The notes under the pieces are model-generated. The model was not told the DNA's origin, ran no database searches, and saw only the letters and a program-made list of their open reading frames with translations. DNA of 64,000 bases from a virus. Taxonomy: Duplodnaviria > Caudoviricetes. Location of the stretch: IMG/VR virus record IMGVR_UViG_2868946205_000003; one strand, given 5' to 3'. Within the stretch, counting starts at the first letter, position 1. Every line of letters starts with the position of its first letter. This document shows, in pieces, positions 28,629 to 38,570 of the stretch. The position numbers were made by a program, and so were the translations under genes.

Positions 28629-28735
28629 GTTTGTGCAGATAAGCACTTTAGCAATAGAGCGCTTATTCGCATGGGCAGCGATACGCCTTTTCCCTTTCGG
28701 ATCTATCCGACAAATAGACATGCAGGAGTAATGAC

Positions 28736-29785
28736 GTGAGTGTTGATATTAATAATTTAACGGGTGAAGAGACAGCGGAAGAGCTGGAAGCATTGCTGAA
28801 TGGCTTGGGTGATGTGGATATTTCTGATGATACGGTGGGGGAGGTAACCATTACCGGACAAACCACCGCCGATGATCTGAATAAGCAGCAGGAAAATAAG
28901 GGCGATACCATCACGCTGACGCCGGGCGTAGCTGCGCAACCACAGACAACCACAACTCAACAGCCAGCCGTTGCTGATGAAGGTAATGGCTCTGCGAAAA
29001 GTATTATCAGCCGCGATGGAAAACACACCATTCCTTATGGCGTGCTGGAAGCAGAACGTGCCGAAAAGCAACGACTGTCTGAAGCAAATCAGCGAGCGTC
29101 TACGGAACTGGCTGAAGCTCGGCGGCAACTGGAAGTCTTTACGCGCCAGATTAACGCCGCTGGTTTACAGCCTGCTCAACTGCCGGAGAAAGCGCAGATT
29201 ACACCAGAGCAGATCGCGACAGTTCGCGAGAGCTTCCCCGAGGTGGCGAATGTGCTTGATGCGCTGACGCAGAAAGTGGAATACCTGCAATCTGCTCAGC
29301 CAACCCCGGTAGTTCCTCAATCTGTTAATGACAACCCCGTGATGGCGGCACTGGATGCTACGGCAGAACTGAAAAGCTGGCAAAGCAGCGATCCAGACCG
29401 TTTCACACTGGCGGTACATATCGATGAAACACTCAAACTTGATCCCGCATGGAAAGATAAACCGTTAGCTGAACGATTCAGTGAAGTCGAGAAGCGAACC
29501 CGCGCTGCTTATGGCGAGACTGTGGAGAGTGCACCTCAACAGCCTACACAAGCCGCGCAACAGCAACCGACCACCGCAGAACTTCAGCAAAAAGCAGCAG
29601 ACCTGCTGGCGAAAGCGAATGCCTCGTCACAACTGCCTGCATCACCGTCCGATGTCGGCTCAACAACGCAACACAGTGCATCGCCACTGGAGCAGGCGGC
29701 TAATGCCGATCCTGATCAATTGCAGGCGATGTTTGCTGGCATGACTGATGCGCAGATTGAGGCGCTGTTAGAACAAGCCATCTGA
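28736..29785 (+). CDS. Scaffolding protein
   Basis: Acidic and low complexity, DGKHTIPYGVLE; between portal and capsid. Confidence 0.82.
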   Translation: MSVDINNLTGEETAEELEALLNGLGDVDISDDTVGEVTITGQTTADDLNKQQENKGDTITLTPGVAAQPQTTTTQQPAVADEGNGSAKSIISRDGKHTIPYGVLEAERAEKQRLSEANQRASTELAEARRQLEVFTRQINAAGLQPAQLPEKAQITPEQIATVRESFPEVANVLDALTQKVEYLQSAQPTPVVPQSVNDNPVMAALDATAELKSWQSSDPDRFTLAVHIDETLKLDPAWKDKPLAERFSEVEKRTRAAYGETVESAPQQPTQAAQQQPTTAELQQKAADLLAKANASSQLPASPSDVGSTTQHSASPLEQAANADPDQLQAMFAGMTDAQIEALLEQAI

Positions 29786-29845
29786 CGTTACTTACTCACA
29801 TCATCCAACCCGCAGTGTGCGGGTTTTTCTTTTTAGGGAATCAAC

Positions 29846-31069
29846 ATGACTACCATTACCTCCGCCCAGGCGAATAAGTTGATGCAGGTTGCGCTGTTTA
29901 CCGCAGCCAACCGCAACCGCTCATTCGTTAACATCATGACGGAACAGCAGGAAGCGCCAAAGGCGGTAACGCCGGATAAAAAAGGCGTGAAGCAAACCAG
30001 CTATACCGCGCCAGTAGTGCGCATTACCGATCTGCAAAAATCCAAGGGCGATGAAGTGGATATGCAGATCGTCCACAAGCTCAGCAAGCGCCCGACGATG
30101 GGCGATGCGAAGCTGGAAGGGCGCGGTGAAAACCTCGCGTTCGCGGATTTCTCGCTTAAGATCAATCAGGGCCGCCACCTGGTTGATGCGGGCGGGAAAA
30201 TGTCAGAACAGCGTTATAAGCACAATCTGAACAAAACCGGGCGCACCTTGCTGGGCACGTACTTTAATGACCTGCAAGATCAGTGCGCAACGGTGCATCT
30301 GGCGGGCGCACGCGGTGATTTTATCGCCGATGACACCATTCTGCCGCTGGCAGGACACAGTGAGTTCGGCAAAATCATGATCAACGACGTGCTGCCGCCA
30401 ACCTACGATCGCCATTTTTATGCCGGTGACGCAACCAGCTTTGAAGGTCTGGATGCTGCCGATCTGTTTACGCTGGGCGTGGTCGATAATCTCTCTCTGT
30501 TTATCGATGAAATGGCGCATCCACTCCAGCCCGTCAAAATGTCGAAAGACGACATGGCGAACGACGATCCGTATTACGTCCTGAACGTGACGCCACGCCA
30601 GTGGAACGACTGGTATACGTCCACCTCTGGTAAAGACTGGCAGGCGATGCTGTCTCGCGTTATGCAGCGATCTAAAGGCTTCGACCATCCGTTGTTCAAA
30701 GGTGAGTGTGCGATGTGGCGTAACATCCTGGTGCGTAAATACACCGGGATGCCGATTCGCTTCAACACAGGTTCTCAGGTCGCGGTTTCCAATAACGATC
30801 TGGCTGCGACGGTAGCGCAGAAGGAAGCGAAAACCACCATTGACCGCGCCATCTTGCTGGGCGGTCAGGCGCTGGCGAACGCTTACGGTACGGGCGAAGG
30901 CGGCGGCCACTTCGGCTACCACGAAGAGAAGGTGGATCATGGTAACGGCACAGAGATTTCAGTTCGTTGGATTAACGGCCTGAAGAAAATCCGCTTCCAG
31001 CAGAAAGATGGCCGTATGAGTGACCACGGCATCATCGTCGTCGATTCCGCGATCTCTACGGGTCGTTAA
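29846..31069 (+). CDS. Major capsid protein (N4-gp56/DUF4043 type)
   Basis: APVVRITDLQKSKGDEV, INQGRHLVD, HPLFKG. Confidence 0.9.
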   Translation: MTTITSAQANKLMQVALFTAANRNRSFVNIMTEQQEAPKAVTPDKKGVKQTSYTAPVVRITDLQKSKGDEVDMQIVHKLSKRPTMGDAKLEGRGENLAFADFSLKINQGRHLVDAGGKMSEQRYKHNLNKTGRTLLGTYFNDLQDQCATVHLAGARGDFIADDTILPLAGHSEFGKIMINDVLPPTYDRHFYAGDATSFEGLDAADLFTLGVVDNLSLFIDEMAHPLQPVKMSKDDMANDDPYYVLNVTPRQWNDWYTSTSGKDWQAMLSRVMQRSKGFDHPLFKGECAMWRNILVRKYTGMPIRFNTGSQVAVSNNDLAATVAQKEAKTTIDRAILLGGQALANAYGTGEGGGHFGYHEEKVDHGNGTEISVRWINGLKKIRFQQKDGRMSDHGIIVVDSAISTGR

Positions 31070-31130
31070 TCTATCCCTCTCATAACAGCAGGCTTCGGCC
31101 TGCTGCTTTGCTTTATCAGGAGAAAATTTT

Positions 31131-31514
31131 ATGGCAACGATTCAAGCGCCGTCCATGCGTGATGCGGTGTACCAAGGTCCACAGGGCAACCTGTCTTTGG
31201 CAGAAAGCCAGATTGTGCTGGCTGCCGCAGCCGTCGGCGATATTGTCGAACTGCTGGAAATGCCGATCGGTATGCGTATCTGTTCCATTGATGTGGTCAG
31301 TGAAGCGTTGGGCGCGGGCGTAACAGTGGAAGTAAAAAGCGGTACACATACGCTTATCGCGGCGGCCAGCCATGCCGATGCGGTGGCGAAATCTGTACCT
31401 GTAGTACCGTATAGCACGGCGGCCAGCGGTGAGAAAATTACCGCCATGATTGCCGGAGGTGCCGCAACGGGGCGTCTGGTCATCAATGTGAAATATGTCG
31501 CGGTAGGCTATTAA
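31131..31514 (+). CDS. Probable capsid decoration/structural protein
   Basis: 127 aa, Ala/Val-rich beta protein after the capsid gene; terminator hairpin at 31535-31556. Confidence 0.75.
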   Translation: MATIQAPSMRDAVYQGPQGNLSLAESQIVLAAAAVGDIVELLEMPIGMRICSIDVVSEALGAGVTVEVKSGTHTLIAAASHADAVAKSVPVVPYSTAASGEKITAMIAGGAATGRLVINVKYVAVGY

Positions 31515-31564
31515 GCCACTTCCAACATTATCCAGCCCACTTCGGTGGGCTTTTTTATAAGGAT

Positions 31565-31610
31565 TGATGCGCCGCGCGATAAATGCGGCACATCCTGCGC
31601 GATAAATGAA
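31565..31610. repeat. Mu-like right end with two transposase-binding repeats
   Basis: Begins TGATGCGCC; GCGCGATAAATG at 31574-31585 and 31597-31608; resembles Mu attR TGAAGCGGCGCACGAAAAACGCG...CACGATAAATGCG. Confidence 0.85.
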
Positions 31611-31650
31611 ATACCCATACTGTTACGGATACTGAAAACAAATTACAAAA

Positions 31651-32208
31651 TTATGTGCCGCAGACAGGGAAATGCTTGTAGATAGTAGAAACGCCGACAT
31701 CATAAATGATCGCTAGCTGCTGTCTGCTGTGACCTGCATTCAGTAGCCGTTTAATCATCTCTTTATCCTCAGATGTAAACACTTGCGGTCTACCGCCGAT
31801 ACGTCCTTTTTCCCTTGCAGCAGCCAATCCAGCTAACGTCCTCTCAACAATAAGCTCCCGCTCCATTTCTGCAAGGGCAGACATTACGTGAAAAAAGAAC
31901 CTTCCCATTGCAGTTCCTGTATCAATGCTGTCTGTTAGAGAACGAAAATGTACACCACGCTCATGCAATTCAGATATCAGCGTAACCAGATTTTTAACGC
32001 TTCTTCCAAGCCGATCCAATTTCCAAACAACAAGAGTATCTCCCTTTTCCATACATTTTAAGGCACGTCTAAGCCCTGGTCGGTTAGCGATTCGTCCACT
32101 CATCTTGTCTTCAAAAATTTGTTCACATTCTGCGCCAATCAATGCATTACGCTGCAAGTCGCTGTTTTGGTCATTTGTTGACACCCTCATATAACCCAAT
32201 TTCGCCAT
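31651..32208 (-). CDS. Gin/Pin-family serine DNA invertase
   Basis: GYMRVST, VWKLDRLGRS, ERTLAGL, C-terminal HTH. Confidence 0.96.
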   Translation of the reverse strand: MAKLGYMRVSTNDQNSDLQRNALIGAECEQIFEDKMSGRIANRPGLRRALKCMEKGDTLVVWKLDRLGRSVKNLVTLISELHERGVHFRSLTDSIDTGTAMGRFFFHVMSALAEMERELIVERTLAGLAAAREKGRIGGRPQVFTSEDKEMIKRLLNAGHSRQQLAIIYDVGVSTIYKHFPVCGT

Positions 32209-32270
32209 TTGTATCACGCTATCCTTCGTCACAAAGAGGGCGATTCTTACAAATGAGCCTCAGCATGGCA

Positions 32271-32296
32271 CTACCGAAAACCTCGGTTTTGGAGAG
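32271..32296 (+). repeat. gix-like crossover site 1
   Basis: CTACCGAAAACCTCGGTTTTGGAGAG. Confidence 0.92.
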
Positions 32297-32554
32297 GCGC
32301 TTTTAAGTGAAAGTGGTTATCAAAAACTTTCGGGGGGATTGATCATTCAGTGGGGCGTATCAAAAGAAGGCAATAACGTATTCCCTATTCAATTCCCTGC
32401 CCAGTGTTTTTCGTTGACCGCTACATTAAAACGAACCAGCTCGCCATGGGATGGATCTGTCACTGCTGCATACATTATTAGCAAAAGCGAATTTTATGTC
32501 GGTGTCGGTACGCCTAACAGCGATCCGATATATTGGCTCGCAATTGGAAACTAA
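32279..32554 (+). CDS. Silent alternative tail-fibre C-terminus
   Basis: No start of its own; reads NLGFGE-ALLSESGYQKLSGGLIIQWG...YWLAIGN from the crossover site. Confidence 0.88.
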   Translation, partial: NLGFGEALLSESGYQKLSGGLIIQWGVSKEGNNVFPIQFPAQCFSLTATLKRTSSPWDGSVTAAYIISKSEFYVGVGTPNSDPIYWLAIGN

Positions 32555-32617
32555 TATTTTCCTTGGGCGGGACGGGTGAAATTAATCTCCCCCGTTCCGC
32601 TATAACTTACTAATTTT

Positions 32618-34552
32618 TCAAAAATTAATTATTTTTAAAACTGCAGCCCAGTTATCCAATTCATTTTGTGTTCCGATAACAATCCCACCGCCTGATAATT
32701 TATCACCGCCAAAAAATCCACGGTTGGGGACATTGAATTGAATATGCGTTTTCGACACCCCTGCGGTTAACGGTAAATATCGTGATGCACCTGCAATTGA
32801 AATCAGCGCGGATGGGCACATCAATACATCCCCCGCACTGTACGCCCCGATTGACGCAATACACACGATCATCACGTCTGTAATACATGAATCGACATTC
32901 AATTCAGATATGTGATGTTCAATTATGATTGGCTCATTCAGGATCATACGTTGCCGAGCAGAAAACCACACTTCTCCAAAACCGAGGTTTTGTGGCGTGA
33001 GGTTGATATCTGCTGACCCGTCAAACGCTACACCATTAATCTTACGTGCCGTTGCCAGCTTCGTTGCAGTACCTGCATTACCGGTTGTTGTCGTGGCTGT
33101 ACCGCCATTGGCTGCGGCGGTGATGGTAATGTTTGTTGTCCCATCGAAGGCTACGCCATTAATTGTGCGTGCTGTGGCCAATTTGGTCGCCGCTGCCGCT
33201 GTACCTGCAGTAGGTAATGCGCCAACATTTGCCGGAGTAAGTGAAATATTCGCTGTGCCATCAAATGCCACGCCGTTAATAGTCCGTGCTGTGGCCAATT
33301 TGGTCGCTGCCACAGCCGTTCCCGCAGTTGGCAATGCCCCGATGTTTGCCGGAGTTAGAGTGATATCCGCCGTACCATCAAACGCCACGCCGTTAATATT
33401 TCTCGAAACAGCCAGTTTAGTTGCGGCCGTCGCAGTACCCGCCGCAGGTAACGCCCCTACATTCGCTGGGGTAAGTGCAATATCCGCAGTACCGTCAAAC
33501 GCTACCCCCGCAATTTTCCGAGCCATTGACAATTTAGTTGCCGCTGCCGCTGTCCCGTCTGCGGGTAAAGCACCAATATCCGCTGCAGCGGGCTTATTAT
33601 TCGGGCTGTAGACGCGTTGGCCTTTTTCCTGAAGCACAGATGCGTTAGCCGTGTGACCAAACTCAATATTTCCAGTGGCCAGGTCAATTCGGAGTGGTCG
33701 TAAGCTGTTAAACCCGCCACCGCTGTCATTCTTATTAGTTAGCAGGATGTAAACGCCACCGCCATCCTGCCGGAGAATCGCGCCATATCCACCGTAAACC
33801 ATGCGTAACACATCAGCGACTGTCGAAATCAGATTACCCGTCAGTGTGCCGCCTACAGCCGGTAATGCCCCTATATTTTCAGGCGTCAGTGCAATATCCG
33901 CAGTACCATCAAACGCGATGCCAGCAATCTTTCTCGCTGCGGCCAATTTTGTTGCAGCAACCGCCGTAGCGGTTTTCCCTAAATAACGACCATCCCCGGC
34001 TGTAATATCTGGAATATCACTGGCTCCTGTACCGACTGCGCGTGTAGCGGCAGATTTTAGCCCGACGTTGGCCATAAATTTGGTCTTGTCGGGAATGTCC
34101 GCCCCGTTTTGCTCTTTCGTCAGTTTTTGCGCCAGTTCATTCAATATCGTAGTCGAAAAGTTAGGGTCATTTCCCAACGCAGCAGCCAGCTCTTTTAACG
34201 TATCTAATGCGCCAGGAGAACCATTGACCAACGCGGCAATCGCCGCCATCACGTAGGCTGTTGTGGCGATCTGCGCGTTATTGACGCCTGCGGCCGCAGT
34301 CGGTGCCGTTGGTGTTCCGGTCAAGGCGGGGCTGGCTTTAGGGGCGTACTGTGTATGCGGATCAGTTGCTTTGGTATGGGAGAGTAAATCTGCCCCCGTT
34401 TTTTCCTGCTGTTCTTTCAGATACGCAGTGCGCTTGGCCAACTGTTCCGCCTGCCGGTTGGAAATGCCTCCGGGGCCACCAATCACGGGATCGGATGTCT
34501 CTAGTTGGTAAATGCCGTCAATCCACTCTTTTTGTTCAGGCAGGTTAGCCAT
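32618..34552 (-). CDS. Tail fibre protein with invertible C-terminus
   Basis: DPHTQYAPKASPALTGTPTAPT, ALDTLKELAAALGNDPNF; crossover site encodes NLGFGE. Confidence 0.93.
   Translation of the reverse strand: MANLPEQKEWIDGIYQLETSDPVIGGPGGISNRQAEQLAKRTAYLKEQQEKTGADLLSHTKATDPHTQYAPKASPALTGTPTAPTAAAGVNNAQIATTAYVMAAIAALVNGSPGALDTLKELAAALGNDPNFSTTILNELAQKLTKEQNGADIPDKTKFMANVGLKSAATRAVGTGASDIPDITAGDGRYLGKTATAVAATKLAAARKIAGIAFDGTADIALTPENIGALPAVGGTLTGNLISTVADVLRMVYGGYGAILRQDGGGVYILLTNKNDSGGGFNSLRPLRIDLATGNIEFGHTANASVLQEKGQRVYSPNNKPAAADIGALPADGTAAAATKLSMARKIAGVAFDGTADIALTPANVGALPAAGTATAATKLAVSRNINGVAFDGTADITLTPANIGALPTAGTAVAATKLATARTINGVAFDGTANISLTPANVGALPTAGTAAAATKLATARTINGVAFDGTTNITITAAANGGTATTTTGNAGTATKLATARKINGVAFDGSADINLTPQNLGFGEVWFSARQRMILNEPIIIEHHISELNVDSCITDVMIVCIASIGAYSAGDVLMCPSALISIAGASRYLPLTAGVSKTHIQFNVPNRGFFGGDKLSGGGIVIGTQNELDNWAAVLKIINF
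32972..32997 (-). repeat. gix-like crossover site 2 (inverted)
   Basis: TTCTCCAAAACCGAGGTTTTGTGGCG; 19 bp identical to site 1 in inverted orientation. Confidence 0.92.
32995..33970 (-). repeat. About six ~40-aa repeats in the tail-fibre shaft
   Basis: ATKLATARxIxGVAFDGTADIxLTPxNxGALP; four copies tandem at 120 bp. Confidence 0.85.
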
Positions 34553-35127
34553 TATGCACTCCCGTAATTGTAGTTACCGTCATATGACGCGGTTTCGTTA
34601 TAGCGAATAGGCACCCCCAGATATTCCAGGCTGGCCAACAGGCAGCGAGCGGGGGCAATCATTTCCAGTGTGTTACGCAGCATATGTGCCTGGTCATTGG
34701 TGATGGGTTGTTGCAGCAGAACGCGGTAAACCGGCCATTTACTGGGGTCGCCGTAAACCATGTGGCCGTTATAACTGCGGATACCGTTGTAACTGAGGCG
34801 TCCGATATGTTCGATTAACTCAACATCGCCAAATCCGAGACTACGGATAACATCACGCACGGCCCATTCCGTTCCTTTGAAGCGATGCCGCTCTATCGCT
34901 GACTTAATCATGGCGCGGCGGGCATCTTCAGATTCAGCCAGTTGCCAGCCGTCTTCCTTCAGTGAGAATTGCTCAGCCAGTGCATCCAGTGCGCCGCCGT
35001 CAACGATGTCGACAAGATAGACAATGACGGCTTCAACCTGCAGGGCGTCAAATCTGTCCAGTAGTGATGCCAACACGCTAAATCGCAGATCAGACGCCAA
35101 CGGGGGTGGGAGAAGGTCTTTACTCAT
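34552..35127 (-). CDS. Tail/baseplate protein, P2 gpI-like
   Basis: ALDALAEQF, HRFKGTEWAV. Confidence 0.88.
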   Translation of the reverse strand: MSKDLLPPPLASDLRFSVLASLLDRFDALQVEAVIVYLVDIVDGGALDALAEQFSLKEDGWQLAESEDARRAMIKSAIERHRFKGTEWAVRDVIRSLGFGDVELIEHIGRLSYNGIRSYNGHMVYGDPSKWPVYRVLLQQPITNDQAHMLRNTLEMIAPARCLLASLEYLGVPIRYNETASYDGNYNYGSA

Positions 35128-36226
35128 CAGCCACGCCTGCAATGGTTATTGCAATGTCGGTACAGATAGCGAGTTGCCAGGCATCAAGCACCAGCAACGC
35201 TGGAGATAACAGCTCAACGCTGTAAACCCCATCGAGTAACAAGGCGGCATTAATCTGACTGGGCACGATGTCCTGCCCCAATGTTGCCCGACGTTGTTCT
35301 GTCCAGGCTAACGCAGCCTGCTGTGCTGCCTGTTTAACTGGCAATGCCTGCACATCGCGTTTGAGCGTCAATCTGGCATGCAGTGCGTATTCAATCGGAA
35401 CCGGGGATTTTGCCGCGACGGTGTCCGTGAGTGGCCGGACTTTTTCATCAGAACAAACGCTGATCACTTGCGCCAGCACACTGTCATCAGGCAGACCTGT
35501 GGACAACAGCGGATATAAATGAACGGTGCCAGGCTCGGCTCTGACTACCCCAACGTCAACAATATCGGGGTGAGCGCTCAACGCATGATAGCGGTACGCT
35601 AATTTTGAGCCTGCCGTGCTGAAGGACTCAGGGGCTAACTGGATACGTTCGCGCAGGCGGTCATCAGTTTCTTCATCAGAGCCACCGGCGCTGGCGGTAA
35701 TATTGGTCACGGTGAAGTCGACGTCGTCAATCTCATCCAACAACGTGCTAATTTGTGCTGGCTGCCAGTTGTTGCCAACTAATCCCGCCTGCGTACACGT
35801 TGCTGCTACGGTTATGCTCAGTGCGCCAGCCTTCATTATCACATCGCTATCAGTGGCAAACACGACTCTGTCGGAGGCACTAACTCGAGTTCCAGCAGAG
35901 ATCAGCGTATCGGTTAACAATGCGCTGTCGACGCTAAATTGCAGCGTCGTCTGTCCGGCTAATGCCGCGAGACGGTACGTTCCCACCAGTTCACCGAGGT
36001 AATCCAGCATCGGAGCGCGAGCATAACGCACCAGATTTTGTTTTGCCGCATCCTGAATCGCACTGCGTACCAGCATTTCACGGTAGGCCATCAAATCAAT
36101 CAACAGGCGTTCAGCCTGGGCGGGGTACAGTGTCTTACCGCTGTCTGCTTCATATTTTGCAATCATCTCAGCAGTAACTTTTGCAGCGTCGCGTTCAATG
36201 AAAACGGGTTCAGTCGTTACCGCCAT
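35120..36226 (-). CDS. Baseplate J-like protein
   Basis: GGSDEETDDRLRERI, VRPLTD. Confidence 0.92.
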   Translation of the reverse strand: MAVTTEPVFIERDAAKVTAEMIAKYEADSGKTLYPAQAERLLIDLMAYREMLVRSAIQDAAKQNLVRYARAPMLDYLGELVGTYRLAALAGQTTLQFSVDSALLTDTLISAGTRVSASDRVVFATDSDVIMKAGALSITVAATCTQAGLVGNNWQPAQISTLLDEIDDVDFTVTNITASAGGSDEETDDRLRERIQLAPESFSTAGSKLAYRYHALSAHPDIVDVGVVRAEPGTVHLYPLLSTGLPDDSVLAQVISVCSDEKVRPLTDTVAAKSPVPIEYALHARLTLKRDVQALPVKQAAQQAALAWTEQRRATLGQDIVPSQINAALLLDGVYSVELLSPALLVLDAWQLAICTDIAITIAGVADE

Positions 36227-36564
36227 AGCACCTCCGTAGCCTGTAGCACGCCGCTTGTTGTTTCCCAACTCAGGCGCAGTGTCATGTGTGTACCATCAAT
36301 TAACGGCTTCACAGCCAGCAGCTTGCAGCGCGGCTCCCAGCGTTTGATCGCTTCGACTGTCTCCCGCACGACGTGCGGAATGGCCCGGTCAATCGGGTAG
36401 TCGATGTAGCGATGCAAGTTACTGCCAAATTCGGGACGGTGTGGATCGCTGCCGCAGGGTGTGCGCAGAATGATGTGAATGGCCTGAGTGATATCGGCAA
36501 CCCCCTCGACGAGTTCGCCAGGGTGTTGCAGGGCCGGTTGCCAGTAAACAGAATTAGTATTCAT
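36217..36564 (-). CDS. Baseplate wedge gpW/gp25
   Basis: ILRTPCGSDPHRPEFGS, AIKRWEPR. Confidence 0.92.
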   Translation of the reverse strand: MNTNSVYWQPALQHPGELVEGVADITQAIHIILRTPCGSDPHRPEFGSNLHRYIDYPIDRAIPHVVRETVEAIKRWEPRCKLLAVKPLIDGTHMTLRLSWETTSGVLQATEVLWR

Positions 36565-36570
36565 GGGGGC

Positions 36571-36613
36571 AGTATCGCCCCCGGTGGGATAGTTGGTTAT
36601 TAACGTGATTTAG
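36571..36613 (-). promoter_or_regulatory. Activator-dependent late promoter (baseplate)
   Basis: TTAA-N6-TTAG at 36600-36613, 23 nt from -10 GATACT. Confidence 0.7.
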
Positions 36614-36625
36614 AAAGGCTGAACG

Positions 36626-37219
36626 CTAGTGAGAATGGTGATTTGAATTACCATCGGCATCCATCACTGTGCCGGTGGCATCAATATTGCCTTGAACGCT
36701 GACATTGCCCTGAATGGTTGCTGCTGAGCCAGCACCGCCAGACCCTGCCATGCCGCCCTGATAAGTTAGTTTGCCTTTAACCAGTAAATTTCCAGTGACT
36801 TCCGTCTCAGGTGCATCAATTGTGGCTCGCTGTGTTTTCACCGTTACATCCGTACCGCAGGCGATCACGATATGCTTGATGCCGCCGTTGATGGTTAATG
36901 TATGTGTCTTACGGTTGTAGTAAAACGCGGTGCTGTCGGAATAGGTAACGCCGCGTGCATCCGGGTTATTGACAGGCGGTTTATCGACACTGGAGTAGAC
37001 CGCGCCCAGGATAACGCCGTCCTCGCCATTTTCATCCAACAGCACCACAACCTGTTCGCCGACGTCGGGCAGCCAGTAGTCCTTATTGTTCTGGGTATTG
37101 CGTTGCAGCACATCTAGCCAGTTGGTGCGCATATTATCGCATTCAGGTAGGCGAACGCGGGCGCGGACGTTTTGCGAGTCAACGGCGCTGACTGTGCCCA
37201 CCTGTCGTGATACGCTCAT
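36626..37219 (-). CDS. Baseplate spike gpV
   Basis: LPDVGEQV, C-terminal HxH. Confidence 0.93.
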   Translation of the reverse strand: MSVSRQVGTVSAVDSQNVRARVRLPECDNMRTNWLDVLQRNTQNNKDYWLPDVGEQVVVLLDENGEDGVILGAVYSSVDKPPVNNPDARGVTYSDSTAFYYNRKTHTLTINGGIKHIVIACGTDVTVKTQRATIDAPETEVTGNLLVKGKLTYQGGMAGSGGAGSAATIQGNVSVQGNIDATGTVMDADGNSNHHSH

Positions 37220-38367
37220 TTTTTCTTTTCCTTTACGGTCGTTGTCGTAGTGGTCGTGCCATCTGCTTTGTAAACCGTCAGCGTCTGCGTTTTCTTCTTT
37301 TTCTTGCCATTGGTCACCGGGCCACGAGCAACTTCCAGTTCGGTCACGTAACCGCTGCTGCGATCAAACGAATGCCGGGCGCTGGTGATAAGCCATTGTC
37401 CTGATAGCTGACCAAATTTCACCAGATCTATTTTGTTGCCGGCAGTGAGCTGCGGTGTTCCCATCAGCGTCAGTGAACCGGTCTGCTGATATTCGTTATG
37501 TGAATCCAGCGCGGCATCGGCTTTGAGCTGCGCACTGTCTTTGTCCGATGAACGGCTGGTGACTTTAAGCGTATCCGCACTGGTGGCTTTGCCGCTCTCT
37601 TTTCCTGTGGCTGTCGTCGCACTTCCATCTGAATGGTACGTCACCAGCTTTTTGTCGCTGGCTTTCTGGTGTTTCAGTTTTGCCGACTTATAGACCTGGT
37701 TGATGGTGTCACGCAGAGAATAACGGGCGACGTCGGTGGGTGATAACTGCTTAATGGGATCAAGTTGTCGCAAGGTGGCCAGATGGGAAAATATCAATTG
37801 GTCGCTGACAACCTTAACGGCATAGCCATACTCGCTGGCCAGTCGCTTCAGGAAGCCGACATCGGTTTCCGCATACTGCGTGACGCGATCGACCTTTATT
37901 GACTCAATACCGCCGACCAGTTTCAGACTGTGCTTTTTGGCAATGCGACCTGCGATAGCAGCCAGTGTGGTGTTCTCAAACCCCCGACTGGATTTGGTAC
38001 GCAGCGCAGTGTTGACTGACGTGGCCACACCGCGAATGGATACCGTTGACGGCGGCGCACTGACCTCAATCTCATCAATAGAAAACGTGCCACAAGACAG
38101 TAGTTTCTCACCGTTGTAACCGAGTTTCAGCGTCAACGTATCGCCTTTACCCGGATACCACTTGTCCAGCCAGCGACCGTCAGTGTCATCCAGTGCGACC
38201 TCGATGGTGTCCGACTCAGACTTGATATTGTCGCTATAGCTGACGCGGGTAACGTAAGGCGCGATATCGCTGGTGATATCTTTCTTCAGATACCACAGGG
38301 TAAATACCGGTTGCAGGACGTCTGAGGTGCCAGGCAGCGGCGCTGTTTGTTGAATTAACGTAGCCAC
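37216..38367 (-). CDS. Baseplate hub, gpD family
   Basis: QYAETDVGFLKRLASEYG. Confidence 0.92.
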   Translation of the reverse strand: MATLIQQTAPLPGTSDVLQPVFTLWYLKKDITSDIAPYVTRVSYSDNIKSESDTIEVALDDTDGRWLDKWYPGKGDTLTLKLGYNGEKLLSCGTFSIDEIEVSAPPSTVSIRGVATSVNTALRTKSSRGFENTTLAAIAGRIAKKHSLKLVGGIESIKVDRVTQYAETDVGFLKRLASEYGYAVKVVSDQLIFSHLATLRQLDPIKQLSPTDVARYSLRDTINQVYKSAKLKHQKASDKKLVTYHSDGSATTATGKESGKATSADTLKVTSRSSDKDSAQLKADAALDSHNEYQQTGSLTLMGTPQLTAGNKIDLVKFGQLSGQWLITSARHSFDRSSGYVTELEVARGPVTNGKKKKKTQTLTVYKADGTTTTTTTVKEKKK

Positions 38368-38570
38368 GGTGCGACCTCCTCGGCGTTTTCTACTTCATCT
38401 TGTTCAATCATTGGGATTAAGAGAACGATGCCAGACGGTAATGAGGGCGTAACGGCCACATGCGGGTTCGCCATGATGATCCGGTCATAACCCAGCGGAT
38501 CGCCATAGTAATGTTGTGACAGCGAATCCCACCGGTCACCCATTTTTGTTACATGCTCGATGTACCTCAT
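38355..38570 (-). CDS. Tail protein X
   Basis: GDRWDSLSQHYYG, IIMANPH. Confidence 0.9.
   Translation of the reverse strand: MRYIEHVTKMGDRWDSLSQHYYGDPLGYDRIIMANPHVAVTPSLPSGIVLLIPMIEQDEVENAEEVAPWLR

Larger units (their letters stand above)
1..31564. mobile_element. Lambdoid prophage with 933W-like head module (left part; interrupted by a Mu-like element)
   Basis: Gene order int-xis-recombination-N-cI-cro-replication-Q-lysis-terminase-portal-capsid; att site lies outside the window. Confidence 0.93.

Noticed and set aside
32995-33970. Tail-fibre repeats as a diversity-generating retroelement TR/VR pair
   Set aside because: No reverse transcriptase, and differences are not adenine-specific; these are ordinary shaft repeats
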